The notes beneath the pieces are model-generated. The model saw only the letters and a list, made by a program, of their open reading frames with translations, had not been told where the DNA came from and did not search any database. A stretch of DNA of 63,741 bases, filler included, from Octopus bimaculoides (taxonomy: Eukaryota), in NCBI RefSeq assembly GCF_001194135.2. It is 7 parts of 7 records of this genome, joined end to end, with 100 filler letters (N's around TTAATTAATTAA, not from the genome) between each part and the next. Parts side by side here need not be neighbours in the genome. Positions count along the whole stretch, not along the records: positions 62,429 to 63,741 come from NC_069006.1; 6 more parts are not named here. One strand, 5' to 3'. Numbering within the stretch: the stretch's first letter is position 1; each line of letters begins with the position of its first letter. Shown one piece after another: positions 63,131 to 63,741 of this stretch. Both the position numbers and the translations under genes were made by a program.

Positions 63131-63741
63131 GAGACAATTATCATTTCATTTCAAGGAAGAAATGTGCTCTTTTCTTTGGTATTGTTATTTTTCTTGTTTT
63201 GTTGTTGGGATTAATGTTTACATTTTAAAAAAATTAACAAAACTTCATTAAGAACTCATATCTTTGGCCATTCCATAAGAAATTTTATCTTTGAATGGGG
63301 TGGCTTTCAACTATTTTTTTATCTTCTTCCTCCTGCTATCGTTTTAAATTCATAGATTCTTCTTCTTGTATATTTTATTTTATTTTTATACTCGTTGTTG
63401 TTGCTGTTGTATGTGTTATTTACAATATTTTCTTGTCTGCAAATAAAAAAAAACTTTCCATAGAAAAAATATTTTGCATTTCTGGTTTCTTTTTTACAAA
63501 TTTGTATTTATGTTTTTGAAAGATAATATATAATAAAAAGACGTAATAGAGAAAAAGATATTTAAAAAAATAAGCATAAATATATTTTCACTACTTATCT
63601 TTTCTTTTAGGTTTTGACAATGAATCTATGTGTGATAAATATTAACAAAATGAAAACTTATATAATTAAACGCAGGACTAAGCAATACATATACAAAGAC
63701 ATAAACAAACACTCGACGCGGATATGCAAGTATACATACAT

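Overview
AT-rich eukaryotic genomic window with many N-gaps and very dense microsatellites. The SINE families and repeat landscape look like an octopus (coleoid cephalopod) genome; this is inference from recalled repeats, not a search. I found no intact protein-coding gene, no RNA gene and no CRISPR or prokaryotic system. The recognisable content is decayed mobile DNA: an OTU-protease-bearing Helitron Rep (27.8-30.2 kb), Tc1/mariner elements (DD37D/maT, DD34E Tc1, mariner, a MITE), three subfamilies of (TAA)n-embedded R4/Dong-type RLE LINEs, CR1-, RTE- and Tx1-like LINE fragments, Penelope-like RT pieces, a Gypsy gag-protease fragment, and many tRNA-derived SINEs of at least four families. Three observations stand out. 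(1) Much of the apparently unique DNA between repeats carries ordered, decayed cadherin-repeat motifs, all on the + strand, suggesting a protocadherin graveyard. (2) A dispersed ~130-150 bp repeat carries a minimal type I hammerhead-ribozyme-like fold. (3) There are two long foldback (palindromic) elements. All protein-family calls are by-eye motif readings; no alignment or HMM search was run.
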